A DNA stretch of 64,000 nt from Vulcanimicrobiota bacterium (GTDB lineage: Bacteria > Vulcanimicrobiota > Vulcanimicrobiia > Vulcanimicrobiales > Vulcanimicrobiaceae), in contig CAWGBN010000008.1 of NCBI GenBank assembly GCA_963820825.1, positions 480,001 to 544,000 on the forward strand. Direction: 5' to 3'. Positions 49,203 to 59,871 of the stretch are shown here, one piece after another. Under the pieces are notes generated by a model. It did no database searches. It saw nothing but the letters and a program-made list of their open reading frames with translations, and was not told the origin of the DNA. The first letter of the stretch is position 1, and the number at the start of each line of letters is the position of its first letter. The position numbers and the translations under genes were made by a program.

Positions 49203-51359
49203 TTAAGAGTGATTCTGGCTTCTTAGCCAGGCGAGGATTGCGGCGCTGAGATCGGTATCGTACTGCTCGACGACGCCGCGATCGTCGTCGCTCTGCGCCG
49301 CCTTCGGCGAAGCCGCACGCCCCAATCCGTGGCTCATCGCCGGAATTACGACCAGCGTCGCGGAGCGTGGGTGCACCGCGTTGACCACATCGATGATCCG
49401 CTGATGGTCGGCGAGCTCCGTCTCGAAGTCGGACGTCCCGTAGACGGCGAGCACCGGTACGTTCAGCTGGGTCCAGGGCTCGATCAGGTTGAGCTGCGCG
49501 ACCTGCTGCACGTACGATGCCGAAACCGGGTAGATCGCGTTGTGTACGGCGCACGGCGGCATACCGCGCTCGATTGCCGTCTCTGCTTCACTCTCGTAGA
49601 GCATCCGCTGCATGCATTGCGACTTCTCGATGAGCGCTCGATCGACGGCCTCGGGGGGTTCGTCGCTGAGTTCGAGTTGCCGCCGGAGATTGCGGATTTC
49701 GTATTCCGGCCAATCGCGCCCGACCGCTTCGAGCACGACGACGCCGGCGATACGGTTCTGCAGGGCCAATCGCGGCGCGATGATCGTACCGATGCTGTGC
49801 CCGAGCAGATAGATCCGCGCGGGATCGACGCGCGGATTGCGTTGCAGTGCGGCGAGTGCCGAGCTGTAGCCGCGCAATTCGGCCTCGAAGTCGACGCTGC
49901 GGCAGGGCGCTCCCCGACTATCGCCGACTCCGCTCTTCTCCACCCGCATCGTCACGAAACCGGCGCGTGCGAGATCGTGGGTAAGCCGCAGGTAGGCATC
50001 TTGAGCGCTCGTTGCAACGTCGACGGAGTAGCAGCCGATTCCACCGATCAACAGCACCGCCGGAGCCGGCGATCTAAGCGGTTGCGGCATCGTCAGCAGC
50101 GTGCGCCGCAGCGAGCCGTCGACGGCGATCGCACCATACTGTGTAACGAGCCCGGAATCGCTTTCGTCGGGCGCTGCGCCGAGCACCGCCGAAAGCTCCA
50201 ACGGCGTGCTGTCGCGTACGATCGCAACGTCGACGCGCTGACCTGCGTGCAGATCGTGCAGCGCCACGAGAAACTCGGCGACGCTCGAGACCGGCGTGCC
50301 GCCGATCGCGCGAATCGTGTCGCCGGCGTGCACTCCGGCTTGCGACGCGGCGCCGCCCGGCACGACCGAGGTAACGCGGACGCCAATAGTGCCTTGAGCG
50401 ACACCGGCCCCGAAGAGCGCGTGGCGCGGGAGCGGCGGTAACGCGGCGTCGCCGTAGGCGAGCGGCTTCATTCGATCGGTTGCGTCGTAGAGACGGCTGG
50501 GCCACGCGTAGATGCGCGCGTCGGGATAATCGTAGACGACATTGAAGCGCTTGAGCAATCCCATACCGATGCTGCCGGCCTCGCGCCCCACCGCGAACGC
50601 GCCGCCCTTATCGCGCGAGGCGCGCGTGAGCACGTTGGGAATCGTCGATTCGAAGAGCGCGACGGTCGTTCGCAGCAGATCGCTGTAGATCGGGCCACCG
50701 ATCCCGTACCCGGTCACGACGTCGCGAACCGGCGCGTCGCGGTAAAAGTTGTTCGCTTCGGCAAATCGGCGAAAGAGCGTCAACGAAGAACGGTCTCCGG
50801 TGTCGACGACGAAGGTGCCGTGCACGCCGTCGACGGCGGCCTGCAGGTGAATCAGACCGTATTCGTCGACGGTGAACGGAACTGCCGGTGCGCTTTTTGG
50901 AACCGCGAGCGGCGTTGCGGAGAGCGTCAGGCGTTGGTTGTCGACGTCGACGCCCATGCGATAGCGGCGCAGCGTATCGTACCCGACGACGCCATCGAGA
51001 TGCGGAAAGCCGAACGCCCGCGCAATCGGCGCGAGGTCGAGCACGGCGGCCGCGACGTGACGAAATCGCAACGTGCCGACCTCCAGGCTTGGCACGACCG
51101 CCCGTGAGAGCCTTGCCTTGCCGCTGCCGGCACCCGACGCGTATCCCGCCGATCGCGAAGCAAGTCCGAGCCGCTGCGCGACGCCCGGCGTCACCACAAG
51201 CGAACTCGAACCCGTGTCGACGATCATCGAGAAGGGGCCCTGCCCGTCGAGCCTGACCGACACCACCATCCGGTTGTCGAAGAGCGTAAACGGCACGGTC
51301 GTCGAGGAAGCACCGTTGGCCGGCGCCGTCATTGCGGCGAGCAGGATCGTCGCGAGCAT
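49203..51359 (-). CDS. Secreted fusion: 2x retropepsin + PDZ + alpha/beta serine hydrolase
   Basis: IVDTGS, VVDTGD, V..V.PGGAA..AG...GD.I, KSGVGDS.G, GHSIG, MSHG. Confidence 0.8.
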   Translation of the reverse strand: MLATILLAAMTAPANGASSTTVPFTLFDNRMVVSVRLDGQGPFSMIVDTGSSSLVVTPGVAQRLGLASRSAGYASGAGSGKARLSRAVVPSLEVGTLRFRHVAAAVLDLAPIARAFGFPHLDGVVGYDTLRRYRMGVDVDNQRLTLSATPLAVPKSAPAVPFTVDEYGLIHLQAAVDGVHGTFVVDTGDRSSLTLFRRFAEANNFYRDAPVRDVVTGYGIGGPIYSDLLRTTVALFESTIPNVLTRASRDKGGAFAVGREAGSIGMGLLKRFNVVYDYPDARIYAWPSRLYDATDRMKPLAYGDAALPPLPRHALFGAGVAQGTIGVRVTSVVPGGAASQAGVHAGDTIRAIGGTPVSSVAEFLVALHDLHAGQRVDVAIVRDSTPLELSAVLGAAPDESDSGLVTQYGAIAVDGSLRRTLLTMPQPLRSPAPAVLLIGGIGCYSVDVATSAQDAYLRLTHDLARAGFVTMRVEKSGVGDSRGAPCRSVDFEAELRGYSSALAALQRNPRVDPARIYLLGHSIGTIIAPRLALQNRIAGVVVLEAVGRDWPEYEIRNLRRQLELSDEPPEAVDRALIEKSQCMQRMLYESEAETAIERGMPPCAVHNAIYPVSASYVQQVAQLNLIEPWTQLNVPVLAVYGTSDFETELADHQRIIDVVNAVHPRSATLVVIPAMSHGLGRAASPKAAQSDDDRGVVEQYDTDLSAAILAWLRSQNHS

Positions 51360-51452
51360 CGCATTTGAGCGTATCACGCCGTAAGCGCAGCGCGCTCGCT
51401 TTGATGGTTTTTTCAGAACCATGCCTCGCCCCATCGCTTATAATGAGCGTCG

Positions 51453-52202
51453 ATGCGAGCCCGCGTTACGATCGTTGCCCTCGCGCTGCTCTGCGCGTGC
51501 GCGGGCCGTCAGCCCTCGCTGCCCAGCGTCGACGACGTGCAGGCGCGGTTCGTCAACGCCCTCGGCGGACGGGCGGCGATCATGCGGCCCCACTCGATGA
51601 CGATGCGCGGCACCTACGAGGTCTACGGGCCGCACGGTAAGCGCATCCACGTTGCGACGCTGCTCTATCTGGCCGATTTCAAACGCCTCGACGTACAGAC
51701 CGTGCCCGGCAGAGGCCGGTTTCTCTCCGGCTACGACGGGAAGACCGCGTGGGCGCTCGCGCCCGGCGGAAAGCCGACGGTGCTCTCGGGCCAAAACGCC
51801 GTCTCGATCCGGCGCGACGCCGATCTCTATTATTGGGCCCACATTCCGCAGTATTTTCGCACGATGAGCGTCGTCGGAATCGAGTCGTTTGCCGGACGTC
51901 GCTGCTATCATCTGCGCGGCACGACGCTCTGGGGCAACGAGAACAACCAGTACTACGACGTCGCGAGCGGATTGCTCGACGGATACCGCTTTCACCAGTG
52001 GGTCTCCGACGCGCCGGAGAAACCGGAGACGCGCCAGGTCTTCGAGCGCTATCGCAGCTTCGGCGGGCTCGCCTTTCCGACGCGCGAGACCGATTTCACC
52101 GACAATCGGCTCGTCGGCGTCGCTCGTCTGGAGTCGGTAACGTACGACGACGTCGACCCGGGCATATTCGTTCCGCCGGCAGCGGTGCAGAAACGGAGTT
52201 GA
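51453..52202 (+). CDS. Lipoprotein, LolA-like/sorting-protein fold
   Basis: Lipobox LCAC; ALGG, GYDGKTAW, YYD..SGL, YRSFGGL.FP. Confidence 0.6.
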   Translation: MRARVTIVALALLCACAGRQPSLPSVDDVQARFVNALGGRAAIMRPHSMTMRGTYEVYGPHGKRIHVATLLYLADFKRLDVQTVPGRGRFLSGYDGKTAWALAPGGKPTVLSGQNAVSIRRDADLYYWAHIPQYFRTMSVVGIESFAGRRCYHLRGTTLWGNENNQYYDVASGLLDGYRFHQWVSDAPEKPETRQVFERYRSFGGLAFPTRETDFTDNRLVGVARLESVTYDDVDPGIFVPPAAVQKRS

Positions 52203-52230
52203 CGGCGAGCGCGCGTCGAACGCCCCGCGC

Positions 52231-53646
52231 ATGAGCAATCTCCGGCGCCTCCTCGTCTTTTTGAGTCTCTCCTGTTCGATCGCACCCGGCCTGGCCGTCG
52301 CGCAGACACCGCAAACCGACACCGCGGCGATCGCGCGCGCCGGTACGAGCGTCGCCACGATCGTGACCGCCGCAAAAATTCCCGGAATGAGCGTCGCCGT
52401 CGCGCGCGACGGCGCGACCATCTACACCCACGCATACGGCTACGCGAACCTTGCCTCAAAAACGCCGGCGACGGTCGAGACGCACTACGAGATCGGCTCG
52501 ATCACCAAGCAGTTTACCGCAACCGCAATTCTGCAGCTCAAAGAGGCCGGAAGACTCTCGCTTAACGATACGCTCGCGCGCTGGATCCCCGAATATACGC
52601 GTGCCGCGAAGGTGACCGTTCGCGAGCTGCTCCAGCAGACGACCGGAATTCCCAACTACACCGAAGTCAATCACTTCGAAAAGATCGCGGGCACGCTGAA
52701 GCCTTCGTTCGCGGCGATCCTCGCGTTGATCCGCAACAAACCGCTCGAGTTCGCGCCGGGAAGCCGCTTCAGTTACAGCAACACCAACTACGTTCTGCTC
52801 GGCGAGATCGTCGAACGCGCCTCGGGAACTACCTGGGAGGCGTACGTGCGCAAGAACATCTTTGCACCGGCGAAGATGACGCAGAGCGGCTTCATCGACG
52901 ACGAGGCGACGCTGCAGCCGATGGCAACCGGATACGTCGTCAGCAAACACGGCGTGAAGATCGCGCCGCCGCTGCGCTCCGGCTGGGCCTGGTCGGCGGG
53001 GGCGATCGTCTCGACCGTCGACGATATGCTGGCGTGGGATGCCGCGCTCTTCGGCGGGCGGCTCATCAACCAGACCGACCTCGCGGCGATGTTCGCCGGC
53101 GGCAGAGAAGCCTTCGACAAGAACTCAAGCTACGGTTTCGGCTGGGTCGTCGACTCCGCCGACGGCCGCAAGCGCTACTGGCATAACGGCGGCACCTTCG
53201 GATTCTTAGCGGCGAACCTCGTCTTTCCAAAAGATCGAATGGCGGTCGTCGTGCTTCAGAACGCCGACACGATCGCCACGCCCGAATCGACGGCGCAGCG
53301 AGTCTTCGAGGCCTTCCAGCCCGCCGCGCTCGCTTCGGCGGCCGGCGAGGATCCGGTGGTAACGGCGCGCGTTCGCGATTGGCTCAACCGCTTCGAGACC
53401 GGCAACATCGACCGCTCCCAACTCGACGCGGCGATGAACAAGCTGCTAACCCCACAGTTCGTCACCGAGGTACGGCAGCAGCTTAGCATCCTCGGCGCAC
53501 CGCAGCGCCTCGTCTTCCTCGGCAAGACCGATTCCGGCGCATCGACGATCTACAACTACCGCGCGGTCTTTTCAGCCGTCTCCTTCACCATTCACATGGC
53601 GGTCGACGGGTCGGGAAGGATCTCCGGCTTCCGGCTGGCACCCTAG
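52231..53646 (+). CDS. Serine hydrolase, beta-lactamase/AmpC-like family
   Basis: SITK, YSN, HNG motifs; signal peptide. Confidence 0.9.
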   Translation: MSNLRRLLVFLSLSCSIAPGLAVAQTPQTDTAAIARAGTSVATIVTAAKIPGMSVAVARDGATIYTHAYGYANLASKTPATVETHYEIGSITKQFTATAILQLKEAGRLSLNDTLARWIPEYTRAAKVTVRELLQQTTGIPNYTEVNHFEKIAGTLKPSFAAILALIRNKPLEFAPGSRFSYSNTNYVLLGEIVERASGTTWEAYVRKNIFAPAKMTQSGFIDDEATLQPMATGYVVSKHGVKIAPPLRSGWAWSAGAIVSTVDDMLAWDAALFGGRLINQTDLAAMFAGGREAFDKNSSYGFGWVVDSADGRKRYWHNGGTFGFLAANLVFPKDRMAVVVLQNADTIATPESTAQRVFEAFQPAALASAAGEDPVVTARVRDWLNRFETGNIDRSQLDAAMNKLLTPQFVTEVRQQLSILGAPQRLVFLGKTDSGASTIYNYRAVFSAVSFTIHMAVDGSGRISGFRLAP

Positions 53647-53686
53647 CCGGCGAAACACTGAGGCCTGCTCGGCCGTAGAGGGGACC

Positions 53687-55552
53687 ATGAAGCTCACAGC
53701 CGTTGCCGCGGGCGTATTTGCCGCCGCGGTCCTCTTTACGACAACCCCTTTGCGCGCCGCCGAACCCGATGCTGCGGTCGCACAGCTCATCAGCGCATCC
53801 GGAGATGCCCTCGGGGTCGCCTCTCTCGCCTCGGTGGAGACGATGCGCGTCGACGCCACCGTTACCGCCGTCGGCCTCAAAGGAACCGCGACGCAGTGGG
53901 CCAATCTGCGCGACGGGCGCTTCGCCGAAACGGCGAACCTTCCGCCGATCGTTCAGGCCGACGGTTACGACGGGCACGTCGAATGGAACGCCGACGGAAC
54001 CGGCCTCGTCTGGAACGGCGGCGGCGACAGCGAGCGCGCCTCGGAGATCAATCAGGCCTACATTGCCAGCTACGCGCTCTGGAAGCCGAATGCCGGCGGC
54101 GCGGCGGTGACCTCGCTCGGCACGAAAACGGCGGGCGGCAAAACCTACGATGCGTTGAGCATCACGCCGGCCGGATCCCAGGTGCCGTTCGAACTCTGGT
54201 TCGACCAAACGACGCACTTGCCGGCGTCGGCGCACTTCGTCAACGGCTTCATCACGTCGTCGGTCACCTTCGCCGATTATCAGCGCGTCAACGGGCTCAA
54301 CTATCCGTACGCCGGTCACTCCGAGTCGAGCGACGGCAACAACGCCGATTCAAAGGTGACGCGCGTTGCCTTCGATCCGCCGGGCGCGGCCGCCGCGCTC
54401 GATCGCCCGCAGACGAAACCGGACGATTTTTCGATTCAAAACGGTCAAACCTCGACGACCGTTCCGATCACGCTCGGCGAGAACCACGTCTATCTCGACG
54501 TGATGCTCAACGGTAAGGGTCCCTATCACTTCATCTTCGATACCGGCGGATCGAACGTCGTCGACCCCGTCGTGGCCAAGGAGATCGGCGCGTTCGGTGC
54601 CGGCTCGGCGCAGGGCAGCGGCGTCGGATCGACGACCGAGTCGCTCAGCTTCGCGAAAATTTCGTCGCTGCAAGTCGGCGACGCCGTGCTCAAGGATCAG
54701 CTCTTCGGCGTCGCGCCGACGCGAATGGGCTTCGGCGTCTCGGCGGGACGCCCGGTCGATGGTTTGATCGGCTGGGAAGTCCTCGCGCGGTACGTCACGA
54801 CCTTCGACTACGCAAGCCGGCAAGTCGTCTTGAGCCTGCCCGGCAGCGCGCAGCCGCCCGCGAACGGGCACATCGTGCCCTTCGTGCTCTACGGCACGCA
54901 GCCGCAGATCGCGTGCACGATCGATAACATCCCCGCCGAGTGCACGATCGATACCGGGGCGCGCGATACGATCACCTTCATGTCGCCGTTCATGGCCGCA
55001 CATCCGCAGATCGTTCCGGCGAAGCTCACCGCCGTCGGCGTGAACGGCTTCGGCTTCGGCGGTCCGGCGATGGGACGTTTGGGACGCGTGCAAACGATCG
55101 GCATCGACGATCTGCAGCTCACCAATCTCATCGGCGACTACACGACGCAGACGGCAGGGGCGCTCGCGGCGCCGTTCGTCGGCGCGAATATCGGCGGCAA
55201 CTTGCTGCGCCGCTTCAACGTCACCTTCGACTACTACAACGGCACGATGACGCTGGTTCCGAACGGCGACTTCACCATGGCCGACGCCTACGAGCGCTCC
55301 GGACTCTTCCTGATCCGCCGCGCGGGCAGCACGGTCGTCGTCGACTCGCGCGCGGGAACGCCGGCCGGAAAGGCCGGCATCGTTCGCGGCGACCAGATCG
55401 TCTCGATCGACGGCACGCCGACGAGCGGCATGCTGCTCTCCGACGTTCGCGGTCTGCTGGCGGGGCCTGCGGGGACGGTCGTAACGCTGCAGATCGCCGC
55501 CAAAGACGGAACGCAGCGCACGGTCAAGATCACGCTCGCAGATTACGTGTAA
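53687..55552 (+). CDS. Secreted aspartyl protease (N-terminal LolA-like domain, 2x retropepsin, C-terminal PDZ)
   Basis: IFDTGG, TIDTGA, GLIG, NIGG, PA.KAGI..GD.I..IDG. Confidence 0.85.
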   Translation: MKLTAVAAGVFAAAVLFTTTPLRAAEPDAAVAQLISASGDALGVASLASVETMRVDATVTAVGLKGTATQWANLRDGRFAETANLPPIVQADGYDGHVEWNADGTGLVWNGGGDSERASEINQAYIASYALWKPNAGGAAVTSLGTKTAGGKTYDALSITPAGSQVPFELWFDQTTHLPASAHFVNGFITSSVTFADYQRVNGLNYPYAGHSESSDGNNADSKVTRVAFDPPGAAAALDRPQTKPDDFSIQNGQTSTTVPITLGENHVYLDVMLNGKGPYHFIFDTGGSNVVDPVVAKEIGAFGAGSAQGSGVGSTTESLSFAKISSLQVGDAVLKDQLFGVAPTRMGFGVSAGRPVDGLIGWEVLARYVTTFDYASRQVVLSLPGSAQPPANGHIVPFVLYGTQPQIACTIDNIPAECTIDTGARDTITFMSPFMAAHPQIVPAKLTAVGVNGFGFGGPAMGRLGRVQTIGIDDLQLTNLIGDYTTQTAGALAAPFVGANIGGNLLRRFNVTFDYYNGTMTLVPNGDFTMADAYERSGLFLIRRAGSTVVVDSRAGTPAGKAGIVRGDQIVSIDGTPTSGMLLSDVRGLLAGPAGTVVTLQIAAKDGTQRTVKITLADYV

Positions 55553-55619
55553 CGCGGTATACGTTCCGAAACCGCATCTCGAGTAGGCTGGCGCTTGCCG
55601 GAAGCGAAGCCAAGGGGCC

Positions 55620-56822
55620 ATGAAGCGATTCTTGGCCCCGTTCCTTTTTCTTAGCCTCGTCTTTGCGCCGGTCGCGGCGGCGCCGGCGATTCAATCCGAC
55701 GCCGCGCTGCGAACCTCGCTGCAGCAAGATCTCGATCGATACCTAGCGGCGCGCGCGAAGATCGAGCACATCTCAGCGCTCTCGCTGAGCGTGAGCCTCC
55801 ACCGTGCCACGCAGAGTCTCAACCTTAGCGCGGGGCGCATGGCGTACGGCGGCGGCACGCCGGTCACGACCGCGAGTCTCTGGCAGATCGGCAGCAACAC
55901 CAAGGCCTTTACCGCCGCAACGATCCTGCAACTCGAGGCCGAAGGAAGACTCACGATCGATCAGACCGTCGGCCGCTGGCTGCCGCAGTACCCGGCGTGG
56001 AAGAATGTGACGATCCGGCGGTTGCTGAGCATGACCAGCGGCATTCCGACCTACGACGATACGCCGCAGATGCTCGGCGATTATGCCCGGAATCCAAAGC
56101 ACGACTTCACCATCCCGGAACTGATTGCGTACGTCTACCCGACCAATCCGAAGGCCCCGCGACCGACGACCGGCTACTCCTATTCGAATACTAACTATCT
56201 CCTGAGCGAACTGATTATCGAGCGCGTCACGCACGATCGGTACAAGAGCCAACTCGAGCGGCGCTTTCTTCGTTCGGACCTCGGCTTGAACGATACCTAC
56301 TACGAGTCGTTCCGTTACCCGCAAGATATCGTCGCGCGCATGCCGGCCGGGTACTTCTTCAATCACGATGCGGACGACGCGGCGCTCGCGCCGTTGCTCG
56401 GAGAGAACATCAGCGACGACAGCGTCTCGTGGATGCAGGGCGCGGGCGGCATCGTTTCAACGCCCGAGGACCTCACGCGCTGGGCTCGCGCGCTCTATAC
56501 CGGACCGATGCTCGCGCGCAAGCAGCGAGCCGAGCTTTTCAGCCTCGTCTCGATCAAAACCGGCAAGCCGATTGCGCAAACCAGCCTGCAAGATCCGCGC
56601 GGATTCGGTCTGGGCGTCGCCCAGATGACCGCTCCGGGACTCGGCACATTCTGGTTCTACGAAGGCGAGAGTCTCGGCTTCCGGATGGTCCACCTCTATC
56701 TGCCGCAGCAGGACGCGGTGATCGCCATCGGATTCAACAGTCAGCCCGACGGCGCGCAAGATCACAGCAAGGATCTCGCACAGTCCGTCTACGCTACGCT
56801 GCACGCGGCCGGGCGCTTGTAG
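55620..56822 (+). CDS. Serine hydrolase / D-Ala-D-Ala peptidase-like
   Basis: SNTK, YSYSNTNY, GAGGIVS; signal peptide. Confidence 0.88.
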   Translation: MKRFLAPFLFLSLVFAPVAAAPAIQSDAALRTSLQQDLDRYLAARAKIEHISALSLSVSLHRATQSLNLSAGRMAYGGGTPVTTASLWQIGSNTKAFTAATILQLEAEGRLTIDQTVGRWLPQYPAWKNVTIRRLLSMTSGIPTYDDTPQMLGDYARNPKHDFTIPELIAYVYPTNPKAPRPTTGYSYSNTNYLLSELIIERVTHDRYKSQLERRFLRSDLGLNDTYYESFRYPQDIVARMPAGYFFNHDADDAALAPLLGENISDDSVSWMQGAGGIVSTPEDLTRWARALYTGPMLARKQRAELFSLVSIKTGKPIAQTSLQDPRGFGLGVAQMTAPGLGTFWFYEGESLGFRMVHLYLPQQDAVIAIGFNSQPDGAQDHSKDLAQSVYATLHAAGRL

Positions 56823-56898
56823 AGACGACAGGTTCCCTCTAGCCGGTTCCGTAAAAGAGGGCCTCCCAAAACACTCTCGCCGCTTAGGGAGATCAACC

Positions 56899-57915
56899 AT
56901 GTTGCAAGCCGTCCCGCGCCGCACGTTGCTCGTAGCGGTAGCGCTCTCGTTCTTGGCCGGTTGCTCCGGTAGCTCGTCTACGACCGGTCTGTCTTCCCTC
57001 ACGCCAACCACGCCGCAAACTCGTTCGGGCATGCGCGTTCTGCCGGGTCCGCAAGTCTCCGGCCCGCGCGTTCTCCCGGCCATCGCCCAGAAGCCCAACG
57101 CTCCGGCGGGCTGGCCCAACATGCACCACAAGAAGAAGAAAATGTTTCTCTTCGTCGCAGATGGTTCTAGCGGCGTACTGATTTACAATCCGAAGACCGC
57201 AAACGGATCGCCCACCGGATCGATCACCACCGGCGTCGACGCGCCGGCCGGCGTAGCGGTCGATTCGGCCGGTTCCCTCTATGTGACCAACGAAGGGAAC
57301 CAAACCGTCACGGTTTATCCGAAGGGACAAAGCTCACCGAGCTTGACGATCGGCACCGGGATCAGTTCGCCCTATGGAATCGCCGTGGACTCCAAGGGCA
57401 ACGTCTTCGTCAGCAACCTGGGCACCAACAACGTAACCGCCTACGCTGCCGGCTCGACGTCGCCTTATGAAACGATTAACTTCAACTCCTACGGTCAGGC
57501 GGTCGGCGTCGGCGTCGATGCCGGGGACAACATCTGGGTTGCCTGCGATTCCTCCAACGCGGTCTTCGAAATAGCGAAGGGGACGACCAGCGTGCAGAAC
57601 GCTCATCTTATCGGCCTCAACGGACCGATTAGCGTGGCATTCGGGCAGCAGGACGTGACGTACGTCTCCAGCTTCTCCGGAGGAAACGTGAACGTATATG
57701 CCTACGGCACGACGACGCCGTCGGCAACGATCACCACCGGCATCGAGAAGTCCGGACCGACGCTCGGCGGCTTCGCGAAGAACAACTCGTACTTCCAATC
57801 GAACCAGGCCTTTAACGTCGTGGGATACCTCAGCGGCCAGACTACGCCGTTCTCGACCCTCAGCGGGGCGACGAGTCCGCTGGGCATCGCCGGACGTCCG
57901 TTGGTCAGCAAGTAG
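56899..57915 (+). CDS. NHL-repeat beta-propeller lipoprotein
   Basis: Lipobox LAGC; repeated P.G.AVD..G.LYV.N blades. Confidence 0.8.
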   Translation: MLQAVPRRTLLVAVALSFLAGCSGSSSTTGLSSLTPTTPQTRSGMRVLPGPQVSGPRVLPAIAQKPNAPAGWPNMHHKKKKMFLFVADGSSGVLIYNPKTANGSPTGSITTGVDAPAGVAVDSAGSLYVTNEGNQTVTVYPKGQSSPSLTIGTGISSPYGIAVDSKGNVFVSNLGTNNVTAYAAGSTSPYETINFNSYGQAVGVGVDAGDNIWVACDSSNAVFEIAKGTTSVQNAHLIGLNGPISVAFGQQDVTYVSSFSGGNVNVYAYGTTTPSATITTGIEKSGPTLGGFAKNNSYFQSNQAFNVVGYLSGQTTPFSTLSGATSPLGIAGRPLVSK

Positions 57916-57934
57916 AACGCACTGGAAAACGCGC

Positions 57935-57965
57935 AAGGGCGCGCGGCACCGCCGCGCGCCTTTCT
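57935..57965 (+). terminator. Intrinsic terminator
   Basis: GGCGCGCGGC-ACC-GCCGCGCGCC hairpin followed by TTTCT, 20 nt after a stop codon. Confidence 0.7.
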
Positions 57966-57982
57966 GTGTTCTGAACCTCACT

Positions 57983-59008
57983 ATGAGCAACACGACGATG
58001 CGAGCCGCGGTCGTCCCCTCCGCCGATGCCGCTCGCTTAGAACTTCGGAACGTTCCCCTTCCCGAGCCGGGCCCAGGTGAAGTTCGCATCAAGGTGGAGG
58101 CGTGCGGCGTCTGTCACAGCGATGTGCTGACCGTCGCAAACGCCTGGCCCGGGATATCGTATCCGCGTATTCCCGGCCACGAGATCGCGGGAAGAATCGA
58201 CGCGCTCGGCCCCCGGACCGATGCATGGAAAGCTGGAGAGCGAGTTGGGCTGGGCTGGCACGGCGGTCACGACGCCACCTGCGATCGCTGCCGGCGCGGC
58301 GACTTCATCACCTGTCGTAACTTGAAGGTTCCCGGCATCGCGTACGACGGCGGTTACGCCCAGTACGCGATCGCACCGGTCGTCGCGTTGGCGCGCATTC
58401 CCGGCGAACTCACCGCGGTCGAGGCGGCGCCGCTGATGTGCGCCGGAATTACGACGTTTAATTCGCTGCGCCACAGCGGCGCCCGCGCCGGGGATCTCGT
58501 CGCGATTTTAGGAATCGGCGGCTTAGGACATTTGGCGGTGCAGTATTCCTCGAAAATGGGATTCCGGACCGTCGCAATCGCACGCGGACGCGACAAGGAA
58601 GCGTTGGCGCGATCGCTCGGAGCCGTCGAGTATATCGATAGCCGCGCAACCGATCCCGGAGCCGCACTGCAAGCGTTGGGCGGCGCGCGCGTCGTACTTT
58701 CGACGATCACCGCTGCGGCGGCGATGGAGCCGGTGCTCAACGGCCTCGGCGTCGACGGCCAGTTGCTCATCGTCGGTGCGGCGCCCGAGCCGTTGCCCGT
58801 CAATACCGCTCCGATGATCGGCAAGCGCAGCTCACTTCGCGCGTGGGCCTCGGGAACGTGCGCCGATTCGGAGGACGCGATGCGTTTCAGCGTGCTCAGC
58901 GGCGTGCGCGCAATGGTCGAGGTGATGCCGCTCGAACGCGCCGGGGAGGCTTACGAACGCATGATGAGCGGCGCGGCTCGCTTTCGGGTGGTTCTCACCC
59001 CGGAGTAA
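57983..59008 (+). CDS. Zinc-dependent alcohol dehydrogenase
   Basis: CGVCHSD, PGHE, C..C..G....C, GIGGLGH. Confidence 0.93.
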   Translation: MSNTTMRAAVVPSADAARLELRNVPLPEPGPGEVRIKVEACGVCHSDVLTVANAWPGISYPRIPGHEIAGRIDALGPRTDAWKAGERVGLGWHGGHDATCDRCRRGDFITCRNLKVPGIAYDGGYAQYAIAPVVALARIPGELTAVEAAPLMCAGITTFNSLRHSGARAGDLVAILGIGGLGHLAVQYSSKMGFRTVAIARGRDKEALARSLGAVEYIDSRATDPGAALQALGGARVVLSTITAAAAMEPVLNGLGVDGQLLIVGAAPEPLPVNTAPMIGKRSSLRAWASGTCADSEDAMRFSVLSGVRAMVEVMPLERAGEAYERMMSGAARFRVVLTPE

Positions 59009-59017
59009 TCGCGGCGC

Positions 59018-59788
59018 TCACCGCTTTCGTTCCACCGCGATCCGCGAGAACGGTACGAGGATGCGCCGCGGAACGAGGCGGGCCGAGAGATCGACGAGCC
59101 AGTTCGACGGCGGCCAGGGAACGTTGAGCGCTTTACCCCGCAGCAGCCCGCGATACGCGGCCCTTGCCATCGTCGCCGGATTTGCGCGCGGAAGCGAAAA
59201 GAGCGGCGTCGTGCCGGAATTCGCGCGCGCAGCGAAGCCGGTATCCATCGTACCCGGAGCAAAGCAGCTCACGGTCACACCGCTGCCGCGCAACTCTTCG
59301 GCGATCGCCAGCGAGAACGAGATCACGTAGGCTTTGCATGCGTAGTAGACGGCCATGAAGGGACCCGGCAGAAGGCCCGCGGTCGAAGCGACGTTGAGAA
59401 TCTTCCCGTCGCGCCGCTCGATCATCCCGGGAAGATACTCTCGCGTCAGCATGGTGAGCGTCAGAACGTCGAGCACGATCTCTTGCGTAATTCGTTCTTC
59501 TCCGATTCGGTCGAAGCGCTCGTTGGTCGCAAAGCCCGCGTTGTTGATCAGAACGTCGCAGCGCGGTACCTCGGCGAAGAGTCTCTCGGCTGCATCGGAG
59601 ACGGCGAGATCTGCGACGACCGGCCGTGCGTCGACCCCGTGACGAGCCTGTAATTCCTCGGCGATCGCTCGGAGCTTCGCTTCGGAGCGCGCGACCAGGA
59701 CCAGGTCGTATCCCTCGGCCGCGAGCACTTTGGCCAGCTCGAGACCAAAACCACCCGATGCGCCGGTAACGACCGCCAACTTCGGCAT
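59018..59788 (-). CDS. Short-chain dehydrogenase/reductase
   Basis: TGASGGFG, NNAG, NVAS, YYACK. Confidence 0.92.
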   Translation of the reverse strand: MPKLAVVTGASGGFGLELAKVLAAEGYDLVLVARSEAKLRAIAEELQARHGVDARPVVADLAVSDAAERLFAEVPRCDVLINNAGFATNERFDRIGEERITQEIVLDVLTLTMLTREYLPGMIERRDGKILNVASTAGLLPGPFMAVYYACKAYVISFSLAIAEELRGSGVTVSCFAPGTMDTGFAARANSGTTPLFSLPRANPATMARAAYRGLLRGKALNVPWPPSNWLVDLSARLVPRRILVPFSRIAVERKR

Positions 59789-59871
59789 CAATCCCTAATT
59801 CGCACCATCCTACTTCTGTCATTCCGAGCGCAGGATGCCACGGATCGGTGCGCGCTGCGGTTGTAGCTTGA

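Noticed and set aside
52231..56822. Beta-lactam resistance genes
   Set aside because: SxxK/YxN hydrolases of this type are commonly peptidases or esterases; substrate cannot be read from sequence.
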